A stretch of DNA of 64,000 nt, from the NCBI GenBank assembly GCA_963745025.1, contig CAVUWD010000011.1, positions 1-64,000 of the forward strand, written 5' to 3'. The notes under the pieces are model-generated. The model had not been told where the DNA came from. It made no database searches and saw nothing but the letters and a program-made list of their open reading frames with translations. A program made the translations under genes and the position numbers. Position 1 is the first letter of the stretch, and each line of letters begins with the position of its first letter. Below, piece by piece: positions 40,480 to 51,077 of the stretch. The DNA is from an uncultured delta proteobacterium (lineage in GTDB: Bacteria > Desulfobacterota > Binatia > JACPRU01).

Positions 40480-41403
40480 GTGGGTGACGTGGAAAAGCTT
40501 CTCATCACCGGAATCTCCGGCGGCCAGGGTCGGCTGCTCGCCAGCCGCGTGGCCGACGCCTACGAGGTGGTCGGAACCGACCCCGTGCCGTGGGAGGGCC
40601 GCCCGAAGAACATCAAGGTCTACATCGTCGACGTGCTCAAGAAGAAGTTCGAGGACGTCTTTCGCCACGAGCGGCCACAGGCCGTGGTTCATCTCGGCCA
40701 GATCCGCCATTTCCGCGCCGACCCCGAGCTGCGCCACGAGGTGAACGTTGTCGGTACTCGGCGCTTGCTCGAGTTCTGCGCCAAGTACGACGTCAAGCAG
40801 CTGGTGGTGGTGTCGAGCTCCTACGTGTACGGCGCGCTCCCCGAGAACCCGTACTTCCTGGACGAGGAGGCGCCGCTCAATTCGAGCCGCACCTATCCCG
40901 AGATCCGCGATCTGGTGGAGATGGACACGCTCACCACGGCGCATCTCTGGAAGTACCCGAGCATGGCGACGACGATTCTCCGGCCGGTGAATACGCTCGG
41001 CACGCACGTCCACTCTTCGATCGTCACGTACTTGAAGCTCGGTTACGTGCCGACGATCCTCGGCTTCGACCCGATGACGCAGTGCATCCACGAAGAGGAC
41101 CTGACCGAGGCGATCGCGCTCACGCTCGAAAAGAAGCTGCGCGGCGTGTTCAACGTCACCGGGCCCGGCGAGGTGCCGCTGCGGGTCGCCATCCACGCGA
41201 CGGGCGGGACGGCGGTGCCGCTTCCCGAGTTCGTGGCGCGCATACTGTTCGGCGGCCTCTTCCAGGTCGGTCTCTTCCACACGCCGCCCGGCGCCATCGA
41301 CTTCATCAAGTACCCGTGCACGGTCTCGGGAAAGCGCTTTGTCGAGGCGACCGGATTCAAGCCGCTGTTCGCGCTCGACGAGACGTTCGCGAGCATCCGG
41401 TAG
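40480..41403 (+). CDS. NAD-dependent epimerase/dehydratase (extended SDR)
   Basis: LLITGISGGQG, VVHLG, NVVGT, SSSYVYGA, QCIHEED, GVFNVTG. Confidence 0.88.
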   Translation: MGDVEKLLITGISGGQGRLLASRVADAYEVVGTDPVPWEGRPKNIKVYIVDVLKKKFEDVFRHERPQAVVHLGQIRHFRADPELRHEVNVVGTRRLLEFCAKYDVKQLVVVSSSYVYGALPENPYFLDEEAPLNSSRTYPEIRDLVEMDTLTTAHLWKYPSMATTILRPVNTLGTHVHSSIVTYLKLGYVPTILGFDPMTQCIHEEDLTEAIALTLEKKLRGVFNVTGPGEVPLRVAIHATGGTAVPLPEFVARILFGGLFQVGLFHTPPGAIDFIKYPCTVSGKRFVEATGFKPLFALDETFASIR

Positions 41404-41500
41404 GCGGAATGGGTGTTCCGCAGGCCGATGGGCAGGGAACGCAGACGCGCCGGGTACCTGAAATTGCACCCGGCGCGTCCGTAATCGGATCGCTGACTGC

Positions 41501-43779
41501 CTACCTCTCGCAGCCGAGCCCCGTAGCTTTCCGACAGGTGTCGACACCCAAACCCCCGTCAACGGTGTCCGTTCCCGCTCCGCCGTTCAAGCGGTCGTTG
41601 CCGCCGCCGCCGAGAAGGAGATCGTTGCCGTCGCCGCCACAAATCGTGTCGTTGCCACCCAGCCCCTCGATGGTGTCGCTTCCGAGGCCGCCTGCGAGGA
41701 CGTCGTCACCGTCCGTGCCGAAGATCACGTCGTCGCCGGCAGTGCAGAACACGTAGGTGAGGGGCGTAGAATTACAGGTGAGCGGTGTGCCTCTCACGCA
41801 CTTGTGGTTGGTCGTATTGCAAGTCTCGGTACCGTTGCAAACGTTCTTGTCGATGCAGTCTCTATTGCGACGGCAGCAGTCGCGAACCCCCGTGCCTTGG
41901 CAGTTCCCCTTCTTGCAGACGTCGTTAGCCGTGCAGGCGACGCCGTCGTCGCACGAACTGCCGTCCGCGAGAACGGTGTCGCATTCGCCCGATTCGGGGT
42001 TACAGGCCGTGCAGGAATTGGCGCAGACGACCGGATTGCCGCCCGTGCAGGTTCCGCCTTGGCACGTGTCGGTCTGCGTGCAGGCATCGTTGTCGTCACA
42101 CGCCGTACCGTCTGGCTTTGCCGGCCCCGAGCATTCTCCGGTGGACGGGTTGCAAACTCCTCCGTCGTGGCATTGATCGCTGGCCGTGCAGACGACGGGA
42201 TTGGAGCCGCTGCAGCTCCCGCTCTGGCAGGTGTCGGTCTGCGTGCAGGCGTTGCCGTCGTTGCAGGCGGCGCCGTTGGCCTTGGCGGGATTCGAGCACG
42301 CGCCCGTTGCCGGATTGCAGGTCCCCGCATCGTGGCACTGATCGCTGGCCGTGCAGACCACGGGGTTGGCGCCGGTGCACGCGCCCGCTCTGGCAGGTGT
42401 CGGTCTGCGTGCAGGCGTTGCCGTCGTTGCAGGAGACGCCGTCCGCCTTGGCGGGATTCGAGCAGACGCCGGTTCCGGAGTCGCAGGTCCCCGCGTCGTG
42501 GCACTGATCGCTGGCGCGTGCAGACCACGGGGTTGGCGCCGGTGCAGCGTGCCCGCTCTGGCAGGTGTCGGTCTGCGTGCAGGCGTTGCCGTCGTTGCAG
42601 GCGGCGCCGTTCGCCTTGGCGGGGTTCGAGCACACGCCGGTTCCGGAGTCGCACGTCCCCGCGTCGTGGCACTGGTCGCTGGCCGTGCAGACGACCGGGT
42701 TGGCGCCGCTGCAGCTCCCGCTCTGGCAGGTGTCGGTCTGCGTGCAGGCGTTGCCGTCGTTGCACGCGTCGCCGTTGGCCTTGGCGGGATTCGAGCACAC
42801 GCCGGTTCCGGGTCGCACGTCCCCGCGTCGTGGCACTGGTCGCTGGCCGTGCAGACGACGGGGTTGGCGCCGCTGCAGCTCCCGCTCTGGCAGGTGTCGG
42901 TCTGCGTGCAGGCGTTGCCGTCGTTGCAGCACGTCGCCGTTGGCCTTGGCGGGATTCGAGCAGACGCCGGTTCCGGAATCGCAGGTGCCCGCGTCGTGGC
43001 ACTGATCGCTGGCGGTGCAGACGACGGGGTTGGCGCCGGTGCAGCTCCCGCCTGGCAGGTGTCGGTCTGCGTGCAGGCGTTGCCGTCGTTGCAGCAAGTC
43101 GCCGTCGGCCTTGGCGGGATTCGAGCACACGCCGGTTCCGGATCGCAGGTGCCCGCGTCGTGGCACTGGTCGCTGGCGGTGCAGACGACGGGGTTGGCGC
43201 CGGTGCAGCTCCCGCCTGGCAGGTGTCGGTCTGCGTGCAGGCGTTGCCGTCGTTGCAGCGAGTCGCCGTCGGCCTTGGCGGGATTCGAGCACACGCCGGT
43301 TCCGGGTCGCAGGTGCCCGCGTCGTGGCACTGGTCGCTGGCGGTGCAGACGACGGGGTTGGAGCCGGTGCAGGCGCCCGCTCTGGCAGGTGTCGGTCTGC
43401 GTGCAGGCGTTGCCGTCGTTGCACGCCGCGCCGTTCGCCTTGGCGGGATTCGAGCACGCGCCGTCGCAGGGTTGCACGTCCCGGCGTCGTGGCACTGGTC
43501 GCTCGCCGTGCAGACGACCGGATTGGCGCCGGTGCAGACGCCGGCCTGGCAGGTGTCGGTCTGCGTGCAGGCGTTGCCGTCGTTACACGACGTTCCGTTC
43601 GGAGCCGCTGTGTAGTGGCAGTGTCCGGCTGCAGGAGGCAAGTATCGATCGTGCACGGGTCGCCATCGTTGCACTGCGAGTCCGCGGTGCATGATGCCGG
43701 GGGCGCCGCATGAACACTCGGTGCACACCCCGAGCAAGATGACTGATGTGAAGAGAATCGTTCCAAGAAGCTTCCGCAT
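41501..43779 (-). CDS. Secreted Cys-rich tandem-repeat protein with C-terminal RTX Ca2+-binding repeats (frameshifted within the repeats)
   Basis: Signal peptide [10 protein letters not shown]; about 10 units of [53 protein letters not shown]; GGxGxD nonapeptides at the C-terminus. Confidence 0.85.
42030..43600. repeat. Coding tandem repeat, ~165-bp unit, about 10 copies
   Basis: GGCAGGTGTCGGTCTGCGTGCAGGCGTTGCCGTCGTT recurs at intervals of about 165 bp, matching a 55-aa unit. Confidence 0.92.
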
Positions 43780-43956
43780 GATCTCGCCTCCGGAGCGCTC
43801 GGTATGCAAGGCTGTGCCAAGTTAAGTGACCCTTGAATTAGCCTGAGATTCTGGAGAAGACGTGGCGTGCAAAAAATGACGGTCTTTGACGACAGTGGCA
43901 AAATTCTGCCTTGCTTTAGCCTGCCGAGCTTTCCCTACACTTCGTTGCCCGAGCGG

Positions 43957-44389
43957 ATGCCGATTGCCGATCAAATCCCCTCCGACGTGCGTGACTTGGC
44001 TCCGTCACTCGCGGCACGCGCCGCCGGGATCGAGGCGGAGCGCCGCCTTCCAGCCGGCACTCGTCGAGGAGTTCAGGAGGCTGGGCTCTTCCGCATGCTA
44101 GTGCCGAAGAGCCCGGCGGCCTCGCAATCGAGTTTTTGGCGAGCGTCGACATCTTGGCCGCGCTCGCGGCGGGGGATGGCGCAACGGGGTGGACGGCGAT
44201 GATCGGCTGCGAGACGCCGCAGCTCTTCTCGCTCTTGCCGCGGGAGGCAGCGCGCTCTACAACAAGTCGCCGCTTCAGGGGCGCCTGCGCGACATCCACA
44301 CTCTCACCCAGCATGCGTCGGTCCAGGAGAACGTCTTCGTGAACGCCGGCGCCGAGAAGCTCGGCAAGCCCGGGTCGTTCGGGCCCTGA
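43957..44389 (+). pseudogene. Internally deleted acyl-CoA dehydrogenase-like flavin monooxygenase (HsaA/HpaH-like)
   Basis: N-terminus IEAERRLP..GLFRMLVP..DGATGWTAMI is joined near 44240 directly to C-terminus AGGSALYNKSPLQGRLRDIHTLTQH. Confidence 0.72.
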
Positions 44390-44440
44390 TCTCGGAGCCG
44401 GGAGCTTGCGTCATGAATAGGTTACCGTAGTCGCTCGGAG

Positions 44441-44830
44441 ATGGCGGTTCACGTGGTGCGTCTCGGCTCTCCTCGCGGCAAGCGCGACGGTTTGCGCCTC
44501 GGAACGGTGCGGCGACCGCCGCGGGGTGTCGCGAAACGGGACTACGCGAGACTCGACTACTTCGATCTCTGGCTGCCGGATCTCGCGCCGAGCGCGCCGC
44601 TCGTGTCTTATGCGCTGTCCGAGCCGTTCACCCCGCAGCGCTGGAAGCGCTACGTGCGTCGCTACCGGCGCGAGATGTCCGATCCGGCCCGACGGCGCCT
44701 GATTGCGCTGCTCGCGGCACTTTCGGCGCGGGCGGATTTCTCGATCGGCTGTTATTGCGCCGACGAGTCACGTTGCCACCGCTCGCTGCTGACAGAGCTA
44801 CTGGTCGAACAGGGTGCGGTCGTGGTTTAG
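44441..44830 (+). CDS. DUF488 family protein
   Basis: RRPPRGVAK, WLPDLAPSA, YRREM, CYCADESRCHRSLL. Confidence 0.88.
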   Translation: MAVHVVRLGSPRGKRDGLRLGTVRRPPRGVAKRDYARLDYFDLWLPDLAPSAPLVSYALSEPFTPQRWKRYVRRYRREMSDPARRRLIALLAALSARADFSIGCYCADESRCHRSLLTELLVEQGAVVV

Positions 44831-44849
44831 GGACGCCTGGAGATTGGTG

Positions 44850-46112
44850 ATGCGAACGATCCGCGAGCCTTCGCGCGAGACGCCGGTCCTCGCGGAGACT
44901 CAGGTGCTCGTCGTGGGTGGCGGCTCTGCGGGCGTCGCCGCGGCCGTCGCGGCGGCCCGCGAAGGAGCCGAGGTGATGCTCGTCGAGCGCTATGGCCAGC
45001 TCGGCGGGCTCGCGACCGGCGGGCTCATCATTCTGCTGCTCACGCTCGATGACGGCGCAGGGCGCCAGGTCATCGGCGGCCTCTGCCAGGAACTGATCGA
45101 TCGCTTGCAGACGCGCGGCGCCGCGGTCGCCCCGCCACGCGATCAGTGGAACTCGCCCGACTCCGCATTGGTGAAGCACTACGAGCGCTGGGGGCTCGTC
45201 TGGGGAAAGGGGCCACACCGGGTTCGCTACTCCGTCGCCTACGACGCCGAAGAGGCGAAGTTCGCGCTCGCGCAGATGATCGCCGATGCCAAGGCCCGTT
45301 TGCTGCTCCACGCGTGGGCGTGCGATCCGCTGCTCGACGGCACGCGGCTTCGCGGCGTCGCCTTTCAAGGGAAATCGGGACGCTTCGCGGTCCTCGCCGA
45401 CGTGGTCATCGACACCACGGGCGACGGCGACCTCTACGCGCTCGCCGGAGCGCCTTACGAGAGCGAGAAGGTCTTTCCCTGGCTCTGGTTTCGAATGGGC
45501 GGGGTCGACGACGTCGAGGCCGCCATCACCGCGAAGGGGTGGTTCTTCCACACCCCGGGTGACGGGCGCGTTCTCCTGCCGTGGGGATCGACGGGGCGCA
45601 TCGACCGGCAGATCGACGCGACCAATCCGGAAGATCTCACCTACGCCGAGATCGAGTGCCGCAAGATGGTGATGGCAGAGGTCGATCACTTGCGCCGTGA
45701 GCTGCCGGCGTTCGCCCGCGCCCACGTCTGCGATATCGCCACGCAGCTCGGCGTGACCGAGAGCCGACGGCTCGCCGGCGAGTACGTGCTCGCGCGCGAC
45801 GACGCCGACAAGACGTTTCCCGACACCATCGCCGTGACCGGCAACTGGACGAAGTACGAGACGATCTACTCGATCCCCTACCGGTCCCTGCTGCCGCGCG
45901 GCCTCGACAACCTGATCGCCGCGGGCCGCTGCATCTCCGTCGACCACCGCGTGCATCATTCGACCAAGGAGATCCCGCCCTGCATGGCGACCGGCGAGGC
46001 CGCGGGCGTGGCCGCCACGATGGCGGCGGGCGGCGCGGCGGCGCGGGACGTTCCGGTCGACGCGCTGCGGGCGAGGCTCCGCGCCCGCGGCGCGATCGTC
46101 GATCGCCCCTGA
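44850..46112 (+). CDS. FAD-dependent oxidoreductase (HdrA/FAD_oxidored-like family)
   Basis: VVGGGSAGVAAA, LGGLATGG, IDTTGDGD, GVTESRRL, IPYRSLLP, AGRCIS, CMATGEAAG. Confidence 0.88.
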   Translation: MRTIREPSRETPVLAETQVLVVGGGSAGVAAAVAAAREGAEVMLVERYGQLGGLATGGLIILLLTLDDGAGRQVIGGLCQELIDRLQTRGAAVAPPRDQWNSPDSALVKHYERWGLVWGKGPHRVRYSVAYDAEEAKFALAQMIADAKARLLLHAWACDPLLDGTRLRGVAFQGKSGRFAVLADVVIDTTGDGDLYALAGAPYESEKVFPWLWFRMGGVDDVEAAITAKGWFFHTPGDGRVLLPWGSTGRIDRQIDATNPEDLTYAEIECRKMVMAEVDHLRRELPAFARAHVCDIATQLGVTESRRLAGEYVLARDDADKTFPDTIAVTGNWTKYETIYSIPYRSLLPRGLDNLIAAGRCISVDHRVHHSTKEIPPCMATGEAAGVAATMAAGGAAARDVPVDALRARLRARGAIVDRP

Positions 46113-46288
46113 TGATGTCCCTTTCCAAGGGTGGCTCGGAGACGTTGGCACGACGAATCCTCTCCCGCAGGAGAGAACCGTGACATGGACGGGTTGCTGA
46201 AGAAGATTTTCGGCAACTGCTGTCACCCGTTCCCGATCTCCCGAGCGTAAGACGTGTCATTGAAACCGACACGCAGCCAGGAGGATCG

Positions 46289-46495
46289 TTGACCATGGAA
46301 GCGATCACGCACATCGCTGGACTCATCCCAGGTTTCCTCACCTCTCCGGCCGACCTGACCGTAGTGGAGCAGCTCGCTGCTCTAGGCGCGCTCGCCTGGA
46401 ACGTCGGCATTCTCGTCTTGGTCCGGGCGCTGGCGAGCCGCCGGCCGGCGGTTCGAGAGCGCGACCGCGGCGGCGAATACGACGAGGCGGCATGA
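46289..46495 (+). CDS. Small single-pass membrane protein at the head of the ECF operon
   Basis: AGGAGG RBS, hydrophobic stretch LAALGALAWNVGILVLV, ATGA overlap with the sigma gene. Confidence 0.55.
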   Translation: MTMEAITHIAGLIPGFLTSPADLTVVEQLAALGALAWNVGILVLVRALASRRPAVRERDRGGEYDEAA

Positions 46496-47043
46496 GTCAG
46501 GGCACGTCGACCATGGTCGCCCGCACCAGACGAAGCGAGACGGACGATCGCGAGCTGCTCGCGCGCGTCGCAGCCGGCGGCGAAGACGCGTTCATCGAGC
46601 TCGTTCGGCGCTATCAGCGCCGCTTCTACGGAATCGCGCGGCGCATGCTCGGCGATGATCGGGACGCGGAGGACGCGGTGCAGACGGCGTTCCTCCGCAT
46701 TCACCGCCACGCCGCCGCGTATCGCGAGGAGTGGAGCGGCGCGACGTGGCTCTACCGAATCCTCACCAACGTCGTGATCGATCACTGGCGCAAGCGCCGC
46801 CGGCTCGGTGAGGTCCCGCTGTCCGCGACCGACGTCGTCGGCACGGCGGGCAACGCGGAGCGAGTGGACGTCGACCGCGCGCTCGCCAAGCTTCCCGCCG
46901 AGGCACGCGCGATTCTCCTTCTCTGCTACGTCGAGGAGCTTCCCTATGCGGAGATCGCGCGCGCCCGGGGAATTTCCATCAACACGGTGAAGACACAGCT
47001 TCTGCGAGCCAAAGGGCTCATGAGGCGATACTTGAAGAGGTGA
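46492..47043 (+). CDS. ECF RNA polymerase sigma factor
   Basis: Region 2 (AFIELVRRY, DAEDAVQTAFL, TWLYRILTN) and region 4 (ALAKLP, YAEIA, INTVKTQLLRA). Confidence 0.94.
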   Translation: MSQGTSTMVARTRRSETDDRELLARVAAGGEDAFIELVRRYQRRFYGIARRMLGDDRDAEDAVQTAFLRIHRHAAAYREEWSGATWLYRILTNVVIDHWRKRRRLGEVPLSATDVVGTAGNAERVDVDRALAKLPAEARAILLLCYVEELPYAEIARARGISINTVKTQLLRAKGLMRRYLKR

Positions 47044-47047
47044 GACC

Positions 47048-47761
47048 ATGATCCATGGAACACACGACCACGACTTCCGCTCCGTGCTCGCTCCGCCGGC
47101 CGCGCCCGCGGGTCTTGCCGAGCGGGTGCTGCAAGCGGCGCGGGAGCGTCGCGAAACAGGCGCGCTGGCGCTACGCTTCGACATCGCGGCTTCCGAGCGC
47201 GGCGTGGCGCGGCTTCACCCGGGCAAGGGCGAGATCCGCGCGGAATCGCGCCGCGCGCGTACGCTCGCCGAGCGCGCCCGCGAGGAGCTCGGCGAGTACC
47301 TCGAGGGTTTGCGCAGCTACTTCACAGTCCCGATCGATCTTGGCGCAACCGCCGGCTTTCAACGCGCGGTCCTGGAGGCGGCTCGCGCGATTCCGTTCGG
47401 CGAGGTGCGATCCTACGGCTGGGTCGCCGAGCACATCGGCAAACCGCGTGCCGTCCGCGCGGTCGGCACGGCGCTCGGGCGAAATCCCGTTCCACTCGTC
47501 GTTCCCTGCCACCGCGTGCTGCGCTCCGACGGCAGTCTCGGCGGCTACGGCCTCGGCCTCGACCTGAAGAGCCGCCTCCTCTCGCTCGAGCGCGAGACGC
47601 CGGCAATCGTCGGATCCGATACGACCCGCATCGTCTGCCGCCACGGCTGCGCGAACGAGCAACGCATCGCCGAGCGGCACCGGGTGGTGTTCGCGACGAT
47701 CGCCGAGGCCCGGCAAGCGGGCTACCGCCGCTGCCGCCGCTGCCTGCCGGCCGACCACTGA
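47048..47761 (+). CDS. O6-methylguanine-DNA methyltransferase with N-terminal anti-sigma-like helix and C-terminal Ada-type Zn domain
   Basis: IPFGEVRSY, AVRAVGTALGRNP and active site PCHRV; C-terminal TTRIVCRHGC..AGYRRCRRC; N-terminal PAAPAGLAERVL. Confidence 0.88.
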   Translation: MIHGTHDHDFRSVLAPPAAPAGLAERVLQAARERRETGALALRFDIAASERGVARLHPGKGEIRAESRRARTLAERAREELGEYLEGLRSYFTVPIDLGATAGFQRAVLEAARAIPFGEVRSYGWVAEHIGKPRAVRAVGTALGRNPVPLVVPCHRVLRSDGSLGGYGLGLDLKSRLLSLERETPAIVGSDTTRIVCRHGCANEQRIAERHRVVFATIAEARQAGYRRCRRCLPADH

Positions 47762-47864
47762 GTCGTTTGGGTGGGGCTCGCGTTCCATATCTTTCGGTGG
47801 ATCCGATCGGCGGCGGCTTTCCGGGCACGGTGGAAATTGCTAATCGAACGGCGCACCAGGTCGC

Positions 47865-49472
47865 ATGGACCGCATCGAATCCAAGATCCGCCCCGCTTCG
47901 CCCGAGTTCCAGGAGAACTTCGCGCACAACCGCGCGCTCGCCGAAGACCTGCAGAAGCGCCTCGATCACGCCCGCCGCGGCGGGTCCGAGGAGCACCGCC
48001 GAAGGCACAAGAAGCGCGGCAAGATGCTGCCGCGCGAACGGATCGACGCGCTGCTCGATCCGGAAACCCCGTTCCTCGAGCTGTCACCGCTCGCGGCCAA
48101 CGATCTGTACAAGGGCGAGGCGCCCTCCGCGGGGGTGGTCACGGGGGTCGGCCGCATCTCCGGCCGCGAAGCGCTGGTCATCGCCAACGACGCGACCGTG
48201 AAGGGCGGCACGTACTATCCAATGACGGTCAAGAAGCATCTTCGCGCGCAGGAGGTCGCTCTCGAGAACCGCCTCCCCTGCGTCTATCTGGTGGATTCCG
48301 GCGGCGCCTTCCTACCGCTCCAGGCCGACGTGTTCCCCGATCGCGAGCACTTCGGACGCATCTTCTACAACCAGGCACGCATGTCGGCGGCCGGCATCCC
48401 GCAAGTCGCGGTGGTGATGGGCTCGTGCACCGCGGGCGGAGCCTACGTGCCTGCGATGAGCGACGAAGCGGTCATCGTCAAGCAGCAGGGAACGATCTTC
48501 CTCGCGGGGCCGCCGCTCGTGAAGGCGGCAACCGGCGAGGAGGTGACCGCGGAGGAGCTCGGCGGCGGAGACGTGCACACGCGGATCTCCGGAGTCGCGG
48601 ACCATCTCGCCGAGGACGACGCCCACGCGATCGAGATCACCCGCTCGATCTTCGAGAACCTGCCGACGCGGGCCGAACCCGACGTCGAGCGCCTCGCGCC
48701 GGAGCCACCGGCATACGATCCCAAGGAGATCTACGGAATCGTTCCCAAGAACCCGCGCCGGCCGCTCGACATCGTCGAGGTCGTCGCTCGCCTAGTCGAC
48801 GGCAGCCGGCTCCACGAGTTCAAGGCGCGTTACGGCTCCACGCTCGTGACCGGCTTCGCGCACATCCACGGTTACCCGGTCGGCATTCTCGCCAACAACG
48901 GAGTGCTCTTCTCCGAATCCTCACTCAAGGCGGCGCACTTCGTCGAGCTCTGCTGTCAGCGCAGCGTGCCGATCCTCTATCTGCAGAACATCACTGGCTA
49001 CATCGTCGGCCGGCAGTACGAGCAGGGTGGCATCGCCAAGGACGGAGCGAAGATGGTGCACGCCACGGCGAACGCGGCGGTGCCGAAGATCACGGTGATC
49101 GTCGGCGCCTCTTATGGCGCCGGCAACTACGGCATGTGCGGCCGCGCCTATCAGCCGCGCTTCCTCTTCATGTGGCCGAACGCGCGGATCTCGGTGATGG
49201 GCGGCGAGCAGGCGGCGCAGACTCTCGTCACCGTCAAGGTTCAGCAGCTCGCGGAGAGGGGCGAGACGCTCGACGATGCCGGCCAGAAAGAGATCGCCGA
49301 GCCGATCCTCTCGAAGTTCGAGCACGAAGGCAGTCCCTACTTCTCGACATCGCGACTGTGGGACGACGGAGTCCTCGATCCCGTGGAGACGCGCGATACG
49401 CTCGGCCTGGCGATCGCAATCGCGCTCGGCGCGCCGATGTCGGCGACGCGGTTTGGGGTGTTTCGAATGTGA
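47865..49472 (+). CDS. liuB: 3-methylcrotonyl-CoA carboxylase, carboxyltransferase subunit
   Basis: [63 protein letters not shown]. Confidence 0.9.
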   Translation: MDRIESKIRPASPEFQENFAHNRALAEDLQKRLDHARRGGSEEHRRRHKKRGKMLPRERIDALLDPETPFLELSPLAANDLYKGEAPSAGVVTGVGRISGREALVIANDATVKGGTYYPMTVKKHLRAQEVALENRLPCVYLVDSGGAFLPLQADVFPDREHFGRIFYNQARMSAAGIPQVAVVMGSCTAGGAYVPAMSDEAVIVKQQGTIFLAGPPLVKAATGEEVTAEELGGGDVHTRISGVADHLAEDDAHAIEITRSIFENLPTRAEPDVERLAPEPPAYDPKEIYGIVPKNPRRPLDIVEVVARLVDGSRLHEFKARYGSTLVTGFAHIHGYPVGILANNGVLFSESSLKAAHFVELCCQRSVPILYLQNITGYIVGRQYEQGGIAKDGAKMVHATANAAVPKITVIVGASYGAGNYGMCGRAYQPRFLFMWPNARISVMGGEQAAQTLVTVKVQQLAERGETLDDAGQKEIAEPILSKFEHEGSPYFSTSRLWDDGVLDPVETRDTLGLAIAIALGAPMSATRFGVFRM

Positions 49473-49479
49473 GGAAGGA

Positions 49480-49561
49480 GGCTACCGGTTACGGGCTACC
49501 GGCTTCCGGCAAAGACACCGCGAAGTTTCCGCGGTAGCCGGTAGTCGGTAGCCGCTAGCCG
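49480..49561. repeat. Heptamer-built intergenic inverted repeat, copy 5
   Basis: GGCTACC GGTTACG GGCTACC GGCTTCC, spacer GGCAAAGACACCGCG, then GGTAGCC GGTAGTC GGTAGCC GCTAGCC. Confidence 0.85.
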
Positions 49562-49568
49562 AATCGCG

Positions 49569-51077
49569 ATGTTCAGAAAAGTCCTCATCGCCAACCGCGG
49601 CGAGATCGCGGTACGTGTGATCCGCGCCTGTCGCGAGATGGGAATTTCGACCGTCGCCGTCTACTCCGAGGCCGACCGCGACGCGCTTCACGTGCAGATG
49701 GCCGACGCCAGCGTCGTCATCGGACCGCCTGCGGCTCGCGAGAGCTACCTCGCGATCGACAAGATCATCTCGGCGGCGCACGACACGAAGGCGGACGCCA
49801 TCCATCCGGGCTACGGATTCTTGTCGGAGAATCCGGCCTTCGCCCGAGCTTGCGCCGACGCGGGTGTCACGTTCATCGGTCCGAGCGCGGAGACGCTGGA
49901 GGCCTCCGGCGACAAGGTGCGGGCCCGAAAGATGGCGGCCAAAGGCGGAGCGCCGGTGCTGCCCGCCCTCGAGTCGGTGTCCTCCGGCTCCCGGGAGGCA
50001 CAGCAAGCAGTGAAGACGCTCGGCTTGCCCCTGCTCGTCAAGGCGGCGGCCGGCGGCGGGGGCAAGGGGATGCGAGTCGTTCGCGAAGCCGGCGAGCTGG
50101 CCGCGGCCCTGGCCGCCGCAGAACGCGAGGCGACGGCTGCGTTCGGCGACGGCCGCGTCTTTCTCGAGCGGCTCGTCGACCGTCCACGCCACGTCGAGGT
50201 GCAGATTCTCGCCGACCGCCACGGCCATCGCATCCACCTCGGCGAGCGCGAGTGCTCGCTGCAGCGCCGGCACCAGAAGATCGTCGAAGAAGCGCCGTCC
50301 GCGGTCGTCGACGAAGCCCTTCGCCGGCAGATCACCGATGCGGCGCTCGTCGTCGCCCGCGCCGTGGACTATTCGAACGCCGGAACGGTCGAGTTCCTGC
50401 TCGCGCCCGATCGGACCTTCTACTTCCTGGAGATCAATCCCCGACTTCAGGTCGAGCACCCGGTGACCGAGATGGTGACCGGGATCGACCTCGTCCAGCA
50501 GCAGATCCGCATCGCGGCGGGCGAGCGGCTGTCGATCCGCCAAGAGGATGTCGTGCTTCGCGGTCACGCGATCGAGTGCCGGCTCTACGCGGAGGATCCT
50601 GCGAATCGATTTCTACCGCAGGCGGGCGAAATCGTCGCCGTGTCGTTACCCTCCGGTCCCGGCATTCGCGTGGATTCGGCTCTGTGGGCAGGCGCACAGG
50701 TGACGATCGACTACGATCCGATGCTCGCCAAGGTAATCGCTCATGCCGCCGACCGCGACAGCGCTCGGCGGCGTATGATCGCCGCGCTCGAAGATTTTCT
50801 GATCATTGGACCGCCGAACAATCTGCCATTCCTGCGCGACCTGATGGAGCTCGACGAGTTCCGCGATGCGGCGATCGACACGCAGCTGATCGATCGACGG
50901 GGAGGAGATCTCGTCGTCGAGCCTCGGCACCGGGAGCTGGCCGCGCAGATCACCGCGTACCTCCTTGCGGCGGGTCCGCGCCCGACTGCGGCGGCCGGCG
51001 CGGCGACGAGCGCGGTCGCGAGTCCCTGGGAGACTCTCGGAGCCTGGCGGCCGGGCATGGGAGGGCGTTCGTCGTGA
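49569..51077 (+). CDS. Biotin carboxylase subunit (MCC alpha, BC domain)
   Basis: [47 protein letters not shown]. Confidence 0.93.
   Translation: MFRKVLIANRGEIAVRVIRACREMGISTVAVYSEADRDALHVQMADASVVIGPPAARESYLAIDKIISAAHDTKADAIHPGYGFLSENPAFARACADAGVTFIGPSAETLEASGDKVRARKMAAKGGAPVLPALESVSSGSREAQQAVKTLGLPLLVKAAAGGGGKGMRVVREAGELAAALAAAEREATAAFGDGRVFLERLVDRPRHVEVQILADRHGHRIHLGERECSLQRRHQKIVEEAPSAVVDEALRRQITDAALVVARAVDYSNAGTVEFLLAPDRTFYFLEINPRLQVEHPVTEMVTGIDLVQQQIRIAAGERLSIRQEDVVLRGHAIECRLYAEDPANRFLPQAGEIVAVSLPSGPGIRVDSALWAGAQVTIDYDPMLAKVIAHAADRDSARRRMIAALEDFLIIGPPNNLPFLRDLMELDEFRDAAIDTQLIDRRGGDLVVEPRHRELAAQITAYLLAAGPRPTAAAGAATSAVASPWETLGAWRPGMGGRSS

Noticed and set aside
42030-43600. Regularly spaced repeats as a CRISPR array
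   Set aside because: The whole 165-bp unit is conserved and encodes a 55-aa Cys repeat; there are no unique spacers and no cas genes
46221-46250. Autoregulatory ECF promoter TGTCACC..CGTAA
   Set aside because: The motifs are suggestive but the 18-bp spacer is longer than usual, so it is not called without TSS data
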